From Phyllosticta citribraziliensis (Eukaryota), in contig NW_027117343.1 of NCBI RefSeq assembly GCF_038025025.1, positions 2,356,001 through 2,420,000 on the forward strand: a DNA stretch of 64,000 bases, in the 5' to 3' direction. Below the pieces are notes generated by a model that did not search any database, was not told where the DNA came from, and saw only the letters and a program-made list of their open reading frames with translations. Position numbers and translations under genes: made by a program. The number at the start of each line of letters is the position of its first letter. Within the stretch, counting starts at the first letter, position 1. Of this stretch, positions 62,525 through 64,000 are shown in pieces.

Positions 62525-64000
62525 ATTTGGAGCGAGTCAAGAGAGGAAAAGGCAGAACTTTAGCAATGCGGATTCTGGCTTGGGTTAAGTTCGTCAGAAA
62601 AGGATTTCGCGCTAGTCCACGACTTTGAACACTGGACAGTTGGCCCTTCCAAGTCGTGTTGTTTGTATTGGGAATTTGTTCGATCGTGGCTGGTTCTGTA
62701 CTCGACAAGAAGCACGGCATACCTGAATCGCAACAACATTTTCGCGTCTGTTTCGAAAGCAAGGGAGCTGGGGGACAATTTGGAACTGTTTTCGCAGCTC
62801 TTTCGGAAAAGTGGCATACTTTTCTTCTTGACCAGTCGACATGCTGCAGCAACGTTTGATACTTACGAAAGGTGGCCCTGTCAATCGATGAGTCATCTGG
62901 ACCTTGTTCGAACTGGAAGAGCAAGAGTATCAAGAAGTTGCTGGAACAGTGCGTAGTCGTGCGATCCAAGGAGGTGGTGGCTCAAGGACGTTCTCCGGAA
63001 CAACTGCGTTATTCCCGATTTCATTTTCCAATGCTCAAACAAAATATTCGGCTTCGGTTTCGGAAGCGAATGATGGTTTGGGGGGTCTGAGAGCTGTGAA
63101 GGGGTTGCCCTGGGTCTGGTGCCTGGGTCTTTGCGTCCAAATCCTACCTCTGCTCCGTGGCAAGTACATAGCGTCAGACGACACGACCCAATTGCAGCAG
63201 ATAGCCATGGCCTGGACGATCTGGAAAGCTTGGACACCCGAAAAGTGACATGATAGTGATTCCAAAGGATCAGATCAAGCCTCAAACGAGCCATCTCAGC
63301 GGTACACATGCCCAAGTTGCTCTCTAGTGCAGGGTAACCACATCTGACCCAAGAGCCAGGTTGCCAGAAGCGTGAGCCAGCGTGGCAGATTGGGGTGGCA
63401 CAGTTGCGTCTGGGGGCGGAGGACCATATCGTGATAAACTTCCTATTGGTTCAAAGAGACACGGGACAACAGTTGGAGTGCGTTTGCGGCGTCTGCGGCG
63501 TCTGTTGGCGTCATCCATGGCCAATCGAAGGCGCCACAAAAGTCCCACAGCGGTAGATGGTTTCGGGGAGTCGGGGGTTTTTTGAGCATCATCAACGCCT
63601 GCTGTGGTGCTGCAACAGTCGGTTTTTGTGCAGCCGTCAAGTCGAGTCGAAGATGTTTGGCTCGCTGGCGGTGGAACGGGAGACGTCCATCTCTAAGTGG
63701 AGACACAATGGCGCGTGTGATTCGATGCAACAACTGCCTGAACCAGAGCAAGCTACAGTAGAGCAGATGGTGATGGTCGAAGACGAGTTGGTGGTTTGGC
63801 GACATAGATGAGCTAGTCACGTGGAGACTTTTCGGGTGGGACGCGGTCCGTGCGCGCTAGCGGCTTACCTAGCGCGACCGCTTAATTTCTTCCTTTTCTA
63901 CCGCTCAACTTTCGAGTCTCTGCACTTTCTCTTCATCCTCTCCATCGCAAACCCCCAGGGCCTCTTCCGCCACTTCGCGCATCTTTGCCGACGGAGAGGC

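Noticed and set aside
1..64000. tRNA, rRNA, snoRNA, CRISPR arrays, intact transposons
   Set aside because: No cloverleaf/A-B box pairs, repeat-spacer arrays, terminal repeats or transposase/RT ORFs seen by eye; tRNAscan-SE and Infernal are needed to exclude small RNAs.

Overview
Intron-rich, GC-rich eukaryotic DNA from a filamentous ascomycete (GT-AG introns with CTRAC/CTRAY branch points; the gene content is compatible with a Dothideomycete, which is my inference). About 20 protein-coding genes can be reconstructed by hand: the 3' end of a GH28 exo-polygalacturonase, RPS21, an alpha/beta-hydrolase + cysteine-phosphatase fusion, an ILV3-type dihydroxy-acid dehydratase, RPS19, two Zn2Cys6 transcription factors, a small secreted Cys-rich protein, MPC2, complex I subunit NDUFA2/B8, a LigB-type dioxygenase, signal peptide peptidase, a divergent WC-2-like PAS-GATA factor, an ACS/Dal5-family MFS transporter, two divergent BTB/POZ genes, MON2, MMS2, an LYR protein, GIR2-like RWD protein and ACL4. 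Two small accessory-looking islands interrupt the housekeeping genes. The first (~15.3-16.9 kb) holds a secreted Kex2-processed protein and a 33-bp Cys-repeat whose Gln codons have become stops (RIP-like). The second (~43.7-49.4 kb) holds a minisatellite, a head-to-head BTB pair (one with a spliced metallothionein-like N-terminus missed by the ORF track), and a small spliced gene with an in-frame CAA-TAG-CAA stop before an NLS-like/acidic tail. I saw no tRNA, rRNA, CRISPR array or intact transposon. All calls come from reading motifs by eye; no searches were run.
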